Assembly (NCBI GenBank): GCA_951406725.2
Contig: OX597823.1
Location: forward strand, 49,848,001-49,912,000
Origin: Octopus vulgaris
Taxonomy: Eukaryota
DNA: 64,000 nucleotides
Direction: 5' to 3'
Shown here: piece by piece, positions 11,885 to 25,183 of the stretch
Layout of the letters: each line of letters starts with the position of its first letter
Numbering within the stretch: the first letter of the stretch is position 1
Program-made: the position numbers and the translations under genes
The notes under the pieces: generated by a model
The model's input: the letters and a program-made list of their open reading frames with translations, nothing else
Database searches by the model: none
What the model was told of the DNA's origin: nothing

Positions 11885-12920
11885 CTTGTTAAAGTTACTA
11901 GTGAATAACAAATGTACATTAGGGGTGACTAAGATATGTGGCGCAAGGCAGATTGTTTGATGCTTGTGTGTGAACAGCTATGCTGCATGGCAGTAAAACA
12001 TGGGCTGTGACAGCCGGGGACATATGTAGGCTTTAAAGAAATGAAGTTAGTATGCTTCGCTGGATGTGCAATGTCAGTGTGTATGTTCAACAGTGTGTAA
12101 GCATCTTGAGAGAAAAGTTAGGCAATAGAGGCATCAGATGTGGTGTGCAAGAGAGACAACTGCGCTGGTATGGTCATGTGATGTGTATGGATGAGGACAG
12201 CTGTGTGAAGAAGCACTGATCTCTAACTGTGGAGAGAACCTGTGGTAGAGATAGATCCAGGAAGACATGGGATGAGGTGGTGATCATGATCTTTGAACTT
12301 TGAGCCTCCCTGAGGCAATGACTGGTGACCGAGACCTTTAGCACTGTGCTGTGCTTGAGAGGACCTGTCAAACCAAGAGCATCCGTGCTGGTGGCACATA
12401 AAGAACATCTTTTGAACGTTGTGCTTCACGGAAGCAAAGTGGCTGAGTTCCTTTTGAGTGTTGGGCCTCAGGCCTCACGGAGGCAAAGTGGCTGAGTTCC
12501 TCTCAAGCATTGAACCTGACAGAGGCAAAGTGGCTGAGCTCTTTTCAAGTGTTGGGCCTCATGGAGGCAAAATAGCTGAGTTTCTTTCAAGCGTTGGACC
12601 TCACAGAGGCAATGACCAAGACCTTTGGCATTATGCTGTGCTTGAGAAGAAGGCCCATCAAGCCAAGCAAAATCTCAGTTGTGGCATATACCAGTGTCAT
12701 GCAAATTGGCACGTAAACGCACCCAGGTGTCATGCAAATGGCACCTGTGCTAGTGGCACGTTAAAGCACCTATTACACTACCGGAGTAGTTGGTGTTAGG
12801 AAGGGCCTCCAGCCATAGAAAACCATGCCAAATCAGACTGGAGCCTTCCTGCATACCAGCCCAGTCAAACTGTCCAACCCATGCCAGCATGGGCAACAAA
12901 CGTTAAATGATGATGATGAT
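11885..12920 (+). mobile_element. 5'-truncated, decayed RTE-clade LINE (ORF end plus 3' UTR)
   Basis: Translates in pieces to GRLFDACV, AMLHGSKTWAVT, MLRWMCNVSV and QERQLRWYGHVMCMDEDSCVKK, homologous to 26217-26774. Ends in (GAT)n. Confidence 0.85.
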
Positions 12921-13391
12921 GTGATATATATGTATGTGTGTGTGTGTGTGTGTGTGTATGTAGATAAATAAACAGATGTACATACACACACATACACAAG
13001 CACATACATACACACACACATGTGTGCGTTTGTGTTTGTCCCTCCACTACTTGACAACCAGTGCTGGTTTGTTTACATTCCAATAATTTAATGGTTCGAC
13101 AAAAAAAGACCAATAGAATATGTACCAGGATTAAGTACAGCAGTTGATTTGTTTGATTAAACCTTTCAAAGCAATGCCCCAGCATGGCCACAATCCAATG
13201 ACTAAAACAAATAAAAGGTAAGAAACAAGAAGACTGCTTTTATTTATTGTTGCTTTTGTTTAGTCCAAGGTTAGTCATAATTGAATTGACTCATGGTCAA
13301 TAGATATCCAAGTTGTGACAATGTAGGACTTAATGCATATCAGGAATTGCTTGCTCCAATTTGGCCCTTATTTTTAGAAGCTGATAACAAG

Positions 13392-14290
13392 TCATCATCA
13401 TCATCATTATCACTACCTTATCACCATCATTATCACTACCTTATCATCATCACCACCACCACCACCACCACCACCACCACCACCATCACCACCATCACCA
13501 CCACCATCACCACCAATGCTACTACCACTGTTGCCGCTGCTGCTGCTGCCACTGCTGCTACTACTACTGCTGCTGCTACTACTGCTGCTACTACTACTGC
13601 TGCTGCTGCTGCTGCTACCACCACTGCCACCATCACTACCACCACCACCACCATCACCACCACTACTACTGCCAGTACCACCATCATCACTACCAACACC
13701 ATCACTGCTACTGCTGCCACCACTGCCACTGCCACTGCTGCTACTGCTGCTTCCATCTCTACTGCCACCACCACTGCCATCATTACTGTCACCACCATCA
13801 CCACCACCACCACCACCACCACTACCACCACAACCAATAGTGCCACAATTACCACCATCACTGCCATCATCATACCACCACCACTACTACCACCACCACC
13901 AATGCCATCGCCACACCCACTAATGCTGCTGCTAACCCCAGTACCGCCATCATTGCAACCACCACCACTGTCACCATCATCGCTGCCGCTACCCCACCTT
14001 CATCACCACAACCACCATCACTACCACCATCACCGATGAGGCCACCAATGCCACCTCCACAAACACTAATGCCATTACTACCAGCAGTACCACCACTACC
14101 ATCATCGCCACCACTACCACTACCACTACCATCACTACTACCGGAGCCACCACCATTGCAACTACTAATGCCACCACCACTACTATGACCATCACCACTA
14201 CCATCATTACCACTATCACCACCACCAACACTGTCACAACCACTAATGCCACCACTAACCAACCTCCATCACTTCCACTATCATCATCAT
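13392..14290. repeat. Long compound trinucleotide repeat (CAC/CAT/TAC/TGC)
   Basis: About 900 bp of degenerate triplet repeats; the source of the poly-T/A/P/V ORFs. Confidence 0.9.
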
Positions 14291-14836
14291 ATTGCCATTT
14301 TACATCTGCATTCGATGCTAGGCCAAGTCATTGACCAACTCAATTTATTTTCAGAGTTTTACTCAAGCAATGCCTTCTGATGGATTGGGGACCATCGATC
14401 ACTGTGATCGAATTTTAGATTAATGTCTATGACTAAATGCCCTTCTAAACACCAACTATGTCACGGAGTTTACTGGGCACATTTTATTTTATTGTGGCAC
14501 CACTCCTTATGAGGTTGTCCTGTTCCAAGCAAAACTAGATGATACAGTATCTCTGTTTATTCAGCTTGCACTGTACTCTGGCATGGCTACAGAGCCCTTA
14601 CCATCTTATATTGTCTTCATCCATTCAAGGTATGAAGAATAGAAATTTGGCTGCTATTTCTAATAGGTTATGTAACTGGCACTCTGCTGGTTATGATGAC
14701 AAGTGTTCCAGTTGATCTGATTAACGGAACAGTCTGCTTGTGAAATTAATGTGCAATTGGCTGAGCACTCCACAGACACACGTACCTTTAATGTAGTTCT
14801 CAGGGAGATTCAGTGTGACGCAGAATGTGATAAGGC

Positions 14837-15240
14837 GGCGAGCTGGTAGAAACATTAGCACGCCAGGTGAAATGCTTATCGGTATTTCGTCTGCCATTGC
14901 ATTCTGATTTCAAATTCCACTGAGACCAACTTTGACTTTCGGGGTCGATTAAATAAGTACCAGTTACGCACTGGGGTTGATATAATCGACTTAATCTGTT
15001 TGTCCGTCCTTTTTTGTCCTCTCTGTGTTTAGTCCCTTGTGGGTAGTAAAGAAATAGGTATTTCATCTGCTGTTACGTTCTGAGTTCAAATTCTGCCAAG
15101 GTTGACTTTGCCTTTCATCCTTTCGGGGTCGATAAATTAAGTACCAGTTATGCACTGGGGTCGATGAAATCGACTTAATCTCTTTGTCTGTCCTTGTTTG
15201 TCCCCTCTATGTTTAGTCCCTTGTGGGCAATAAAGAAATA
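14837..15240 (+). mobile_element. Family B SINE tandem dimer inserted into a family C SINE
   Basis: Two consecutive units containing CAAATTC...AAGTACCAGTTA...CCCTTGTGGG, bounded by the 15-bp duplication AGAATGTGATAAGGC at 14822-14836 and 15241-15255. Confidence 0.9.
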
Positions 15241-16408
15241 AGAATGTGATAAGGCTGGCCCTTTGAAATACAGTTACTACTCATTTTTACCAGCTAAATG
15301 GACTGAAGCAATGTGAAATAAAGTGCCTTGCCTAAAGACACAAAGCCTCGTCGAGTATTGAACTCAAGACTTTACAATTGTGAGCTGGATACCCTAACTA
15401 CTAGTCTCTTCATACTAGTTTGTGTAACCTCATAAAGACTCCCTTATCGGTATGTATTTAGAATGCAATGGAGATGACAAGTGGAAATGAAATACAGCCT
15501 ATGTTCCAGAAAATGCTTGAGTTTAAATATAATTTTTATGTTTGAAGATTTTGATGACTCTAATTAATAGCTATATTAAGATTTTGTCAGGAGCCAACAA
15601 ATTCAGATTTTTTAAAAATATTTTTTGTCAGTTGATTTGTAAAAGAGGAATTATTATTAAACTTTTTTTATATTCAGAACAATCAACATTATTTGCCAAA
15701 CGGATATTAAATCATGTTTTTGTTTTGTTTTGCTTGTTTGTTTGTGTTTTTTTTTTCTTTGTTATTTTTTGTTTTCAGAAATTTTTTTTTTTATGTATAA
15801 TGGTTGGCATTAGGCAAACTATCTGAACCATAAAATTATCGTTTCAGACATTCATTCTGGCTCTCGCAGTAAAGCTAACAGAAGAGCTTCTGTGCAGTCA
15901 CCCAATCTTATTGAAATAGCAACCAAATTTCCCTCAAATCATAACCAAGCCATCCTTGAAAAGAAAGATACATTGGATAATGTGGTCCAAAGTGCACTGT
16001 ACCAAAGAAAAAAAAAACAAAAAAACAAAATGATCATTACTGAATAACCTTTTTCATTGTATGTTTGCTCAAACCAGGACTGAAATGAGGCTAAATAACA
16101 GCAAAAACAACAACAACAACAGCAAAAACAACAACAACAACAGCAAAAACAACAACAACAATAACAACAACAGCAACAACAACAACAACAGCAACAACAA
16201 CTATTTCATACAATGTTTTCTACAGTTGGTATCATTTATTCTAAAAAGGAGAATAAAAGAAAAAATATCATAGATTTTGGCATCATGAGACTTTAGAATC
16301 TTCTGGGAAACATAAAGTAATTCTTTTTTGGAATGGTTTAACATGAAGTAAATAAAGCTATATATAACAGTGTGTAAATATTGAATTAAAATCCATGGGT
16401 TTTGGATA

Positions 16409-16476
16409 GAAAAAGTAGTTCAATAGTAGAACATCTGCATTGTTAACAGGTGTGGGTTCATGTCCCACAGGCAGCC
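16409..16476 (+). pseudogene. tRNA-like relic (possible Thr-TGT pseudogene or SINE head)
   Basis: D arm GTTC-AATAGTA-GAAC, anticodon arm TCTGC-ATTGTTA-ACAGG, T arm GTGGG-TTCATGT-CCCAC, and a downstream T run. The 5' acceptor strand does not pair and the variable loop is only 1 nt. Confidence 0.5.
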
Positions 16477-16544
16477 TTTGACTTTTTCTGTCCAAAAGCT
16501 TTGTTTTCTTTAACCCGATATTTACATGCTATTGGATAGAGATT

Positions 16545-16862
16545 TAGGCTCACAATCATAAGGTAGTGAGTTCGATTCCTGGACCAGGCTATGTATTGTG
16601 TTCTTGGGCAAGACACTTTATTCCACATTGCTCCAGTTCACTCAGCTGCAAAAATGAGTTGTGATGTCACTGGTGCCAAGCTGTGTCGGCCTTTGCCTTT
16701 CCCTTGGATAACATCGGTGGCATGGTGAGGGGGTACTGGTATGTATGGGCAACTGCTAATCTTCCATAAGCAACCTTGCCTAGACTTGAGCCTTGGAGGG
16801 TATCTTTCTAGGTGCAATCCCATGGTCACTCATGATCAAAGGGTGTCTTTACCCTTTCCCCT
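16545..16862 (+). mobile_element. tRNA-derived SINE (family D)
   Basis: B box GAGTTCGATTCC; body and tail are shared with 3620-3863. Confidence 0.85.
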
Positions 16863-17741
16863 ATTCATAGCTTTATTTGTTTCAAGTTAAACAGTTCCAA
16901 AAAAGAATTATAGCATAGCTTTCTTTAAGTTGTTGGGATCCCTCTAAGACATCATATTCACGTTGTGAATCAAAGGCTTGCAACCTCTCTCTCCAGACTA
17001 TTGATTTTGTATGAAGTTACAGACATAGTGGCCTGGCTGCTTGTCAGTTATGGCAATGTGTGTTCCAGTTGATCCAATCAAAGGAACAACCTACTCATGA
17101 AATTAACGTGCAAGTGGCTGAGCACTCCACAGATATGTATTACCTTCAGGTAGTTCTCAGGGAGATTCAGTGTGACACAGAATGTGACCAGACCAAGCTG
17201 GCCCTTTGAAATACAGATACAACTCATTTTTACCAGCTGAGTGGACTGGAGCAAAGTGAAATAAAGTGTCTTTCTCAAGGACACAGTATGCTATCAGGAA
17301 ATGAACTCATGACCTTATGACTGTGAGCCAAATACCTTAACCAATAAGCCACATTGGCAAAATCTCAAACCAGACTTAAAACATAAGTGAAATAGTTCAA
17401 CCAAATCAGAAGCAAGGTACAGCTTACTGAGTGGCAGTTGCATAAGGTGGTGATGGTGGTAGTGGTGATGCTGGTAGTGGTTGTGGTGGTGGTGGTGGTG
17501 GTGGTGGTTGGTGATTTTAGTGATTGTAATTATGATGTCTAAGGTTCTGCCAAAATCTCTGATGTGAGATTTTTCAGCATCTCTTCTTATTCCTTATGAG
17601 ATGATTTACATGGAAAGAACATTAAACTATATTTGGTTAGAAGTTATTAATGTCTAGTAAAGGTAAAGATAACTTCGATGGAAGTTTCTTTTATCTATTA
17701 CACATTGCTTTAAATTAATGGTATCTAAAACAAGAATATGT

Positions 17742-18868
17742 TAACCATATAGCATTTAAGCAGACCTTACCTGGTCTACATATTCTACTTATTTTATGTT
17801 CAAACCAGCCAGATTTGGCCTATCACACCTACCCTACAATGTCATTCTAAAAATATACAATCACATTGGTAAAATCTCAAACCTACAATATAATGCTTGA
17901 TTAATTGAAAAGAGTGTGAATAAATAAGCATTACTTAGTACCCAAAAGAAACCAGAATTTTGCATTATTATTTTATTCACTTAGTTTTACATGCTTACAC
18001 TTTTGTTACCTTCAAACTATAATCCATTTCAAGCAATGCATCAGTCCAGACTCGTTTCCCGCTGCTCAAAGCAGTCCTGGAATCCTTGCAAAGTAATACT
18101 TTTTAACATCTCTATTGGTTTTTTTCTTCTCTTTTACATCTGCAAAACATTTTCCTTTTAGGACTTTTCTCATTCAGGGTAACAAAGAATAGTCATGAGG
18201 AGCAACATCCAACTTCCATCTGTTCTTTCAGTTCACAACACACATTCAGTTGTGACTGTTTTTGATCTTCCACGAGTAAGCAAAGCACAAATTTTGCTGC
18301 AACTTTTTTCATTCAGAATTCCTTGCTCAGAATTTGTTGACATGAGCTCCAGGACAAAGCAGTATTATCAACAAGTTCGTCAATTGTTCAACAATGGTCC
18401 TCTAAAATCAGTTCACAAATTTTCATAATGTTTTCAATTGTTTGGGGGTGGGTGGGTCGACGGTTGCCCTGAATGAGATTAGTCTTCAAGTGACAAGTGA
18501 CCATTCCTAAAGTGTGAAAACAACTTGAAAACTTGTGTTTTGCTCATGGCTGCATCTTTGTAAGCTGTCTGAAGCATGACAACTGTTTTGGCTGCCCTTT
18601 GCCCCAGCAGAAAACAGAATTTCACAGAAGCACACTGTTCCTTCATTTCAGCCATCGCAAAAATCAACAAACAGGGGAGAAGCACTGCAAAACAAAGACG
18701 CACTACATGGCAGTACAACATCATCCAACGTCACCAGTCAGCAGACTGATGCCAAAGAGCTGCATCAAGTGACTTCTTGCAGTGGAAGCCTGAACTACAA
18801 TGTACTTGACCCATGATGAACGTTTCCAGTTACTTTTGTGTACCTCCTTGTAAATGCTAAAAGTTTAA
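17742..18868. mobile_element. piggyBac-type (TTAA) MITE interrupted by a mariner relic
   Basis: Left end TTAACCATATAGCATT and body 17742-17935 match 61649-61840. The right end AATGCTAAAAGTTTAA resumes at 18853-18868, after the mariner. Confidence 0.65.
17936..18852 (-). mobile_element. Internally deleted mariner transposon relic
   Basis: ORF 18479-18724 encodes a mariner N-terminal HTH-like region (EQCASVKFCFLLGQRAAKTVVMLQTAYKDAAMSKTQVFKLFSHFRNGHLSLED). Degenerate TIRs GTACCCAAAAGAAACCAGAA / TTCCAGTTACTTTTGTGTAC. Confidence 0.8.
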
Positions 18869-19584
18869 GTAAAGAGGTCATATAAATAAATCATATTTTA
18901 AGATTCTGGTTGAAAAAGTATTACATGTCATAAAATATCAGATAGACAGAATCACTCAGAGACAGAATCACTCAGAGAAATTGTAAAAGATTAAATAAAG
19001 GTTAAATGGATAAGTAACTAAGAAATATAGTTGCTAATTTATGATATTTTTGGTTCATATTTTCTATAGGTATTTTATTATTTATCTGCACAGGTCACTT
19101 AATTCTTTACATTTAGAAACCCATGCTTTGTGAGTTCATGTTCTATGTAAGTATTTTTGAGCAGTAAAATCTAATTAGAAATATTTTATGCAGTAACGAA
19201 AACACAACATTAAATCAATGCAGAATCATTGTGCATCTTTATGTTCTGAGGTCAGATTCTACCCAGGTCAACTTCGCCTTTCATCTTTTGAAGTTGATGA
19301 AATAAGTACCAGTTGCACTCTGGGGTTAATGTAATCAACTTACCTCCTCCCTTGAAATTGCTTTTCCCATGCCAAATTTGGAAACCAATATTATTTATTA
19401 TTTTAATCATTTCAGCAAATATAGGAGACAACTTTGGACATGTTTCAGTCTTATTAAACACCCTTAGTATAAATTCCATTGTACATAAATAAGGATGAAA
19501 ATAATCATTAATCATATTGTATAAAAATAGGTGTTAATTAATTAACATAATATATTTCTCTTTGCAGTCAGTCATTGCAACTAT

Positions 19585-20150
19585 GACTGTTCATGGCTTT
19601 GGTGTGACTGTTTGTGGCTTTGGCATGACTTGACAAGCTTTCTTCATCCTGGTCAGTTCATTGCTTGTGTATGTCATTTATTACAATCAATTCCTTTCCA
19701 CTTCATATTCCTTTTTTGCAGTATCTGTGAATCTCTATCTAGTTCTTCCATGGCTTCTTTTCTCCTTGCATAGTTGAGAGTAAAGGAGTTGTCAAGGAAG
19801 TCTGCTGTTGTTCATCCTGTATAAGTGTCTCAACCTACATAAATTTCTGTGAATAAGGATTTCCATCACAGAAGGCAGACCAGCATGCCACAGGAGCTTG
19901 TCATTCCTGACCTTGTTAAAGAGAGTGATATTCGTAATTTGTTGCAGCTGTCTCATCATAGGTGCATGTAATTTCTCTACATGAGCCTTATAGACTGTCC
20001 AGGTTTCAGCTCCATTCAGCTGGGAAGAAAGCACTATAACCTGGTATATCTTACATTTGACCAGTATAGAAACATGTCTGTCTTTCCACAGCCTCTCCTG
20101 TAGCTTACCAGTGACTTTTGGGGGCTAGTCATGCATTATCTAAGATGGTG
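19585..20150 (-). mobile_element. Decayed RTE-clade LINE 3' fragment
   Basis: ORF 19792-20034 reads NGAETWTVYKAHVEKLHA...HAGLPSVMEILIHRNL...YRMNNSRLP, a typical RTE C-terminal region. Confidence 0.8.
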
Positions 20151-23039
20151 CTACCTTGGCATTTTAGTGCTTTACACTGGATCAGCCCTTCATATTAAAT
20201 CACTGAGAGGTTAATTACTGATTTATCTGTGTATACCACATGATTCTTCAAGTCTTAGTTCCCTCTATTTTGATGTCTTTGTTCATTTATATTCCAAATT
20301 GTAGAATACCTTAGCAGTTGAGAACAGCTTCTGTGAATATTGGCTAGATTAGACTGGAATCATATCTTTGGCTCTTTCACCATGTTATTGAAGGTGAGTT
20401 AAACATTTCTAGTATAGAGTTCTAGAATTTGTGGATAGGTTAACTATTCATGTTTAGTTTAATATAAGTAATGAATAAGGTAGCAATCTGGCAGAATCAT
20501 TAGTGTGCCATGCAAAATTCTTCATGGCATTTCACCCATCTTTATGTTCTGAGTTCAAATTCTGCTAAGTTTGACTTTACCTTTCATCCTTTTGGAGTTG
20601 ATGAAATAAGTACCTGTTGAGCACTAAAGTTAATTTAATTGACTTACACCCTCCCCTAAAATTGCTGGCCTTGAGCCAAAATTAGAAACCAGTACAACTA
20701 ATGATATTTTTTTTTATATAGCTAAAGATATTTTTTTGATATAGCTAAAGATACAGATTAAAGATAGTTTAAAAAACAAGAGGCTTCCATTTAGAGTCCT
20801 TATATTGATTCCTTACAAACAATCGGAAATAGCTGAGGCAGTAGAGCAACAAGTTAATGCATTATGATTTTTAAATTCCATCCCATTTGGTTTGGAGTTC
20901 AAATCTTTCAAATACCAACTTCATTTTTTTTTTTCATCTTTCTCAACTATATTAAGTAGATGCAGTCAACTATATCAAATTACTTCCGTACATCGTGAAC
21001 AAAAATCAATTTTAGCCATCTAAATGGCAAGCATTGTAGCGCAAGAGTTAAGTCTACAATGGGCCAACACTGGAGATGTTCCATTTCATTTAATTTGCTA
21101 ATGTCTTCAGAAAGTCATTAACAGTGCACATTCTATTTCTCCATCCTCTAAAATACAAGGTCTTTGTGCTAAAGCAAAGCAGAATGGAAGAAACATGAGA
21201 GCATTTGACTTAATAGTATTTAGCTTCCTTCCTCTTTTTCAAAATTTAAATTTTACTGAAGTTGGTTTGCTTTTCCGCAACTTAATGCCAGTAAAATAGA
21301 TACCAGTCATATACTAGGATTAATTCAACTGACTATATTCAGCATCTTTTATTAGTTTGTACTCTTATGTCAAGATAACAAAAATAAAATAAATTAATAA
21401 GCAGTAGTATGGGTATGTGGTAGGAAGTTTGCTTCTGAACCACCTGGTTCAGGGTTCAGTCTCACTGCATGGCACCTTGAGCAAGTGTCTTCTATTATAG
21501 CCTTGGGCTGACCAAAGCCTAGTGAGTGGATTTTGAAGGTGGAAACTGAAAGAAGTACATATATGTATATTTGTATGTATGTATGTATGTATGTATGTAT
21601 GTATGTATGTGTTGTGGGGTTAATAATAATAATGGGACACCCCTCCCTCGTGATGAGTGGTATGTGCTAGTTGTTACAACTACTGTAACATCAAGGAGTC
21701 ATCGGAGGTTGGTCATAGATAGTCGTGTCTTAATTGTCTAACTAATTATGCTGCTATACCAGAGGAATTTCACTGACAAACCATGAGTTTCAGTCATACA
21801 ATGACAAAATAAGACATTAACACTTTTCTAATTAAATACAATGCCTATGTTTCAATTAACTTTTGGAAATAATCAGCAATATGAAAGGGTTTTGAAAAAT
21901 AACTTTTTCCATTAACTGGCATTCTGTTGGTTACAACAATGAGTATTTCATTTGATCTGATTGACCAAACAGCCTGCTTGTGAAATTAGCATACAAGTGG
22001 CTGAGTAATCCACAGACATGCACACACTTTTACATAGTTCTCAGGGTGATTCAGCATGACACAGTCGGTGACGAAGATTGCATTTTGAAATATGAGTACC
22101 TCGTACTTATTTTTGCCAGCTGAATGAACTGGAGCAATGTGAAATAGAGTGTCTTGCTCAAGGACTCATTGCACCACCAGTAATCAAACTCACAACCTTA
22201 CAATTGGGATCTGAAACCCTAACCATTAAGCTATGCACCTTCACTTTTTCATAACTAAGCTGTCTTGGTCAACTTTGACTTCCACCCCTTCAAGATAGAG
22301 AAAATAAAATCTTGCTTAAGTACTAAGGATTGATGATATCAGCTGATCTCCTTCCTGAAATATTAGTGGTCTTATATCTAAATTGTGATAGCTCATGGCC
22401 TAGTAGTGAGGCACATTGCACTCATAATCATGGCACTGTGGTTTTGATTCCCAGACTGGCTACACATTGTGTTCTTGAACAAAACACTTCATTTCATACT
22501 GCTCCAGTCCTCTCAGCTGTGAATGGGTTACTCTGCAACATACTAACCTTCTGATGAGGAGAAATGCTGACCTGTTCATCTAGCCAGTAGGGTGGCATCA
22601 TTCAAAAGCTACAACAATGCAAAGGGCACTGTGACCAGCGATGTATAACAACATCCAATAGTCTGGTTGATATCATGATATCTAAATTAAAAACAATCAT
22701 TAGGCTGGTGTTTGGAAAAGAACAAAAAGTTCTTACATAAAATTATAATAAGAGGTTTTAATTTAAATATCATGCATACTTATGAATGTGAAGTCTGTGA
22801 CCAGAAATAGCCTTGTGCAATTCACTTTCTAAAAATCACTAATCTTATATGATACAGAAAAGGTAAGTTGGCAGAATTGTTATCGCAATCTGTGGTATTT
22901 CTTTCAGCTCTTTATGTTCTGAGTTCAAATGCTGCTGAGGTCAGCTTTGATAAGATAAAGTACCAGTCAAAATTTCCAGCCTTGTGCCAAAAACTAGCAA
23001 GAAATTTTATTAACTTTTTCTAAATTTTTTTTTCTTTTA

Positions 23040-23221
23040 TTTTTTTATTGGTTTCAGTCATTTGACTGCGGCTATGCTGGAGCACCACCTTTAGTCGAGC
23101 ATATCGACCCCAGAACTTATTCTTTGTAAGCCTAGTACTTATTCTATGCTAAGTGACGGGGACGTAAACACACCAGCATTGGTTGTCAAGCGATGTTGGG
23201 GGGACAAACACAGACACACAA

Positions 23222-23281
<60 letters not shown>

Positions 23282-23452
23282 ATATATATACGACAGGCTT
23301 TTTTCAGTTTCCATCTACCAAATCCACTCACAAGGTTTTGGTCAGCCCGAGGCTATAGTAGAAGACATTTGCCCAAGGTGCCATGCAGTGGGACTGAACC
23401 TGGAACCATGTGGTTCATAAGCAAGCTACTTACCACACAGCCACTCCTGTGC
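23040..23452 (-). mobile_element. Family A SINE
   Basis: High similarity to 10558-10984 and 49038-49460. Confidence 0.9.
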
Positions 23453-24655
23453 TTATACAGTTATACTTTAATTTGGGCACCAGCCCATCAAGTTCACATG
23501 TGGGAGTAATTCAATTACATTGACCCCAATGCTCAATTGGTACTTAATTTATTGACCCTGAAAAGATGAAAGGCAAAATCGACTTTGGTGGAATTTGAAC
23601 TTAGAATGTAAATGACTCTCTCCAGACACAACAGAATATGCTTCAACACACGAACTCACATAAAGAATCTTGCAAACCAAATCCAAAAGTGAAACATTAG
23701 TATTGTAGACCTATGTATTTCTAAAAAGGCTAAAATACTTTTCTTATGAGCTCTGCTTGATCGAGGTTGACCTAGGGCTAAGCAACAACCAACAAACTAG
23801 AAATATTGTTTGAAAACGGCCCATTATTTTTGTATAGTAAAGTATATGATCTTAGATTACTTGGCAGCAAATGTGAAGGTTCATAGATATTCATAAAAGG
23901 CATACACGGTTTCATTTTTGTGACATTTACATGGAAATTTACTCGATGTGTATGTGTATATGTATATCTACATCTATATGCCTGCATTTGTATATGGTAC
24001 TCATGTGTGTGTGTGTGTGAGTGTGTAAAACAGCACTTTTACAAAAAAAACAATTCATGCCTCAATGCGTATATATATATAAAGGTGTGTGTGTGTGTGT
24101 GTGTGTGTATGACATATACATAAAATAGACACATAAAGTTGTGTCTAATGATGTAATGTAATAGGTATAAACAATAACTGCTCGAGCTGACTTACCACCT
24201 GAAACTCCATCTTGACTGCAACTAAAAACAAAAGGTAGCAGTGGTATTGTAGCAGTCTAGCAATGAATGGTTATAAGTAGTTTATTGTTGAGCAGGTATA
24301 TGCACAGTAGAAAGACGGTATGATTAGGCAAACAACTGGTACCACTCTATATCATAGTATTTGACCTCACCTGTGCTGGGGTCACATAAGAAGCACTCAG
24401 TCCACACTGCAGAGTGATTGGTGTTAGGAAGGGCATCTAACCATAAAAAACCATGCCCAAACAAACAGTAAAGAATGGTGCAGTCTTCTGTCTAGCCAGC
24501 CCCTACCAAATCATCCAACCCATGACAGCATGGAAAACAGACATTAAATGATGATGATGATGATAATGAAACATAATTGCCGAGTTGATCCTAAGAAAGA
24601 AAGAAGTAAGAAGGTGAGCAGATAGTCTCTTACAGCTGTTTTCAGAATATATGCA

Positions 24656-24888
24656 CAGGGTTGGCCAAAAGTCACCCGACAGCAAATAAAAATTTTATAA
24701 ATACTGTCTGTAACTCTGTACTGACTTGAATGCAAAAATGCATTGCTCAGGAAAGACTTCAGTTTGAACAATTTTCATGATGCTTCATATTTTGATGTTT
24801 TTATTAAATTCATTCAATTGTTAAGCATAAATAAATTTTAGAATTAAATGGTTTTGACTTACTGTCAAGTGACTTTTGGCCAACCCTG
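24656..24888. mobile_element. Tc1/mariner-type MITE (233 bp)
   Basis: Perfect 20-bp TIR CAGGGTTGGCCAAAAGTCAC / GTGACTTTTGGCCAACCCTG; TA on the right flank and CA on the left; AT-rich non-coding interior. Confidence 0.85.
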
Positions 24889-25126
24889 TATATACACTTT
24901 TACTAGTTTCAGCTTGAGAGCTGTGGCCAAGCACAGACATGGCTATATGATTAAGAAGTTCACCCCCAGCCACCTGGTTTCAGTACTGTGTGACACCTTG
25001 GGCAAGTGTCATCTACTATAGTCTTGAGCCAATTGAAGCCTTGTGAGTGGATTTGGTAGATAGAAACTGAAAGGCCATTGTGTGTATGTGTGTGAATGCA
25101 TGTGTATGTGCATGTATTTGTGTGTA

Positions 25127-25183
<57 letters not shown>

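Noticed and set aside
12410-12670. Five about 42-bp repeats (GGCAAAGTGGCTGAG core) that look CRISPR-like
   Set aside because: The intervening sequences are homologous to each other rather than unique spacers. The units derive from the end of the adjacent RTE ORF, the context is eukaryotic and there are no cas genes.
13293-14039. 248-aa Thr/Ala/Pro-rich ORF resembling a mucin
   Set aside because: Made almost entirely of CAC/TAC/TGC triplet repeats that are open in several frames on both strands; no signal peptide or splice support.
22552-22570. CTGATGA-GGA-GAAA hammerhead-like spacing
   Set aside because: Only 3 nt lie between the boxes, so stem II cannot form; it also lies within a SINE body.
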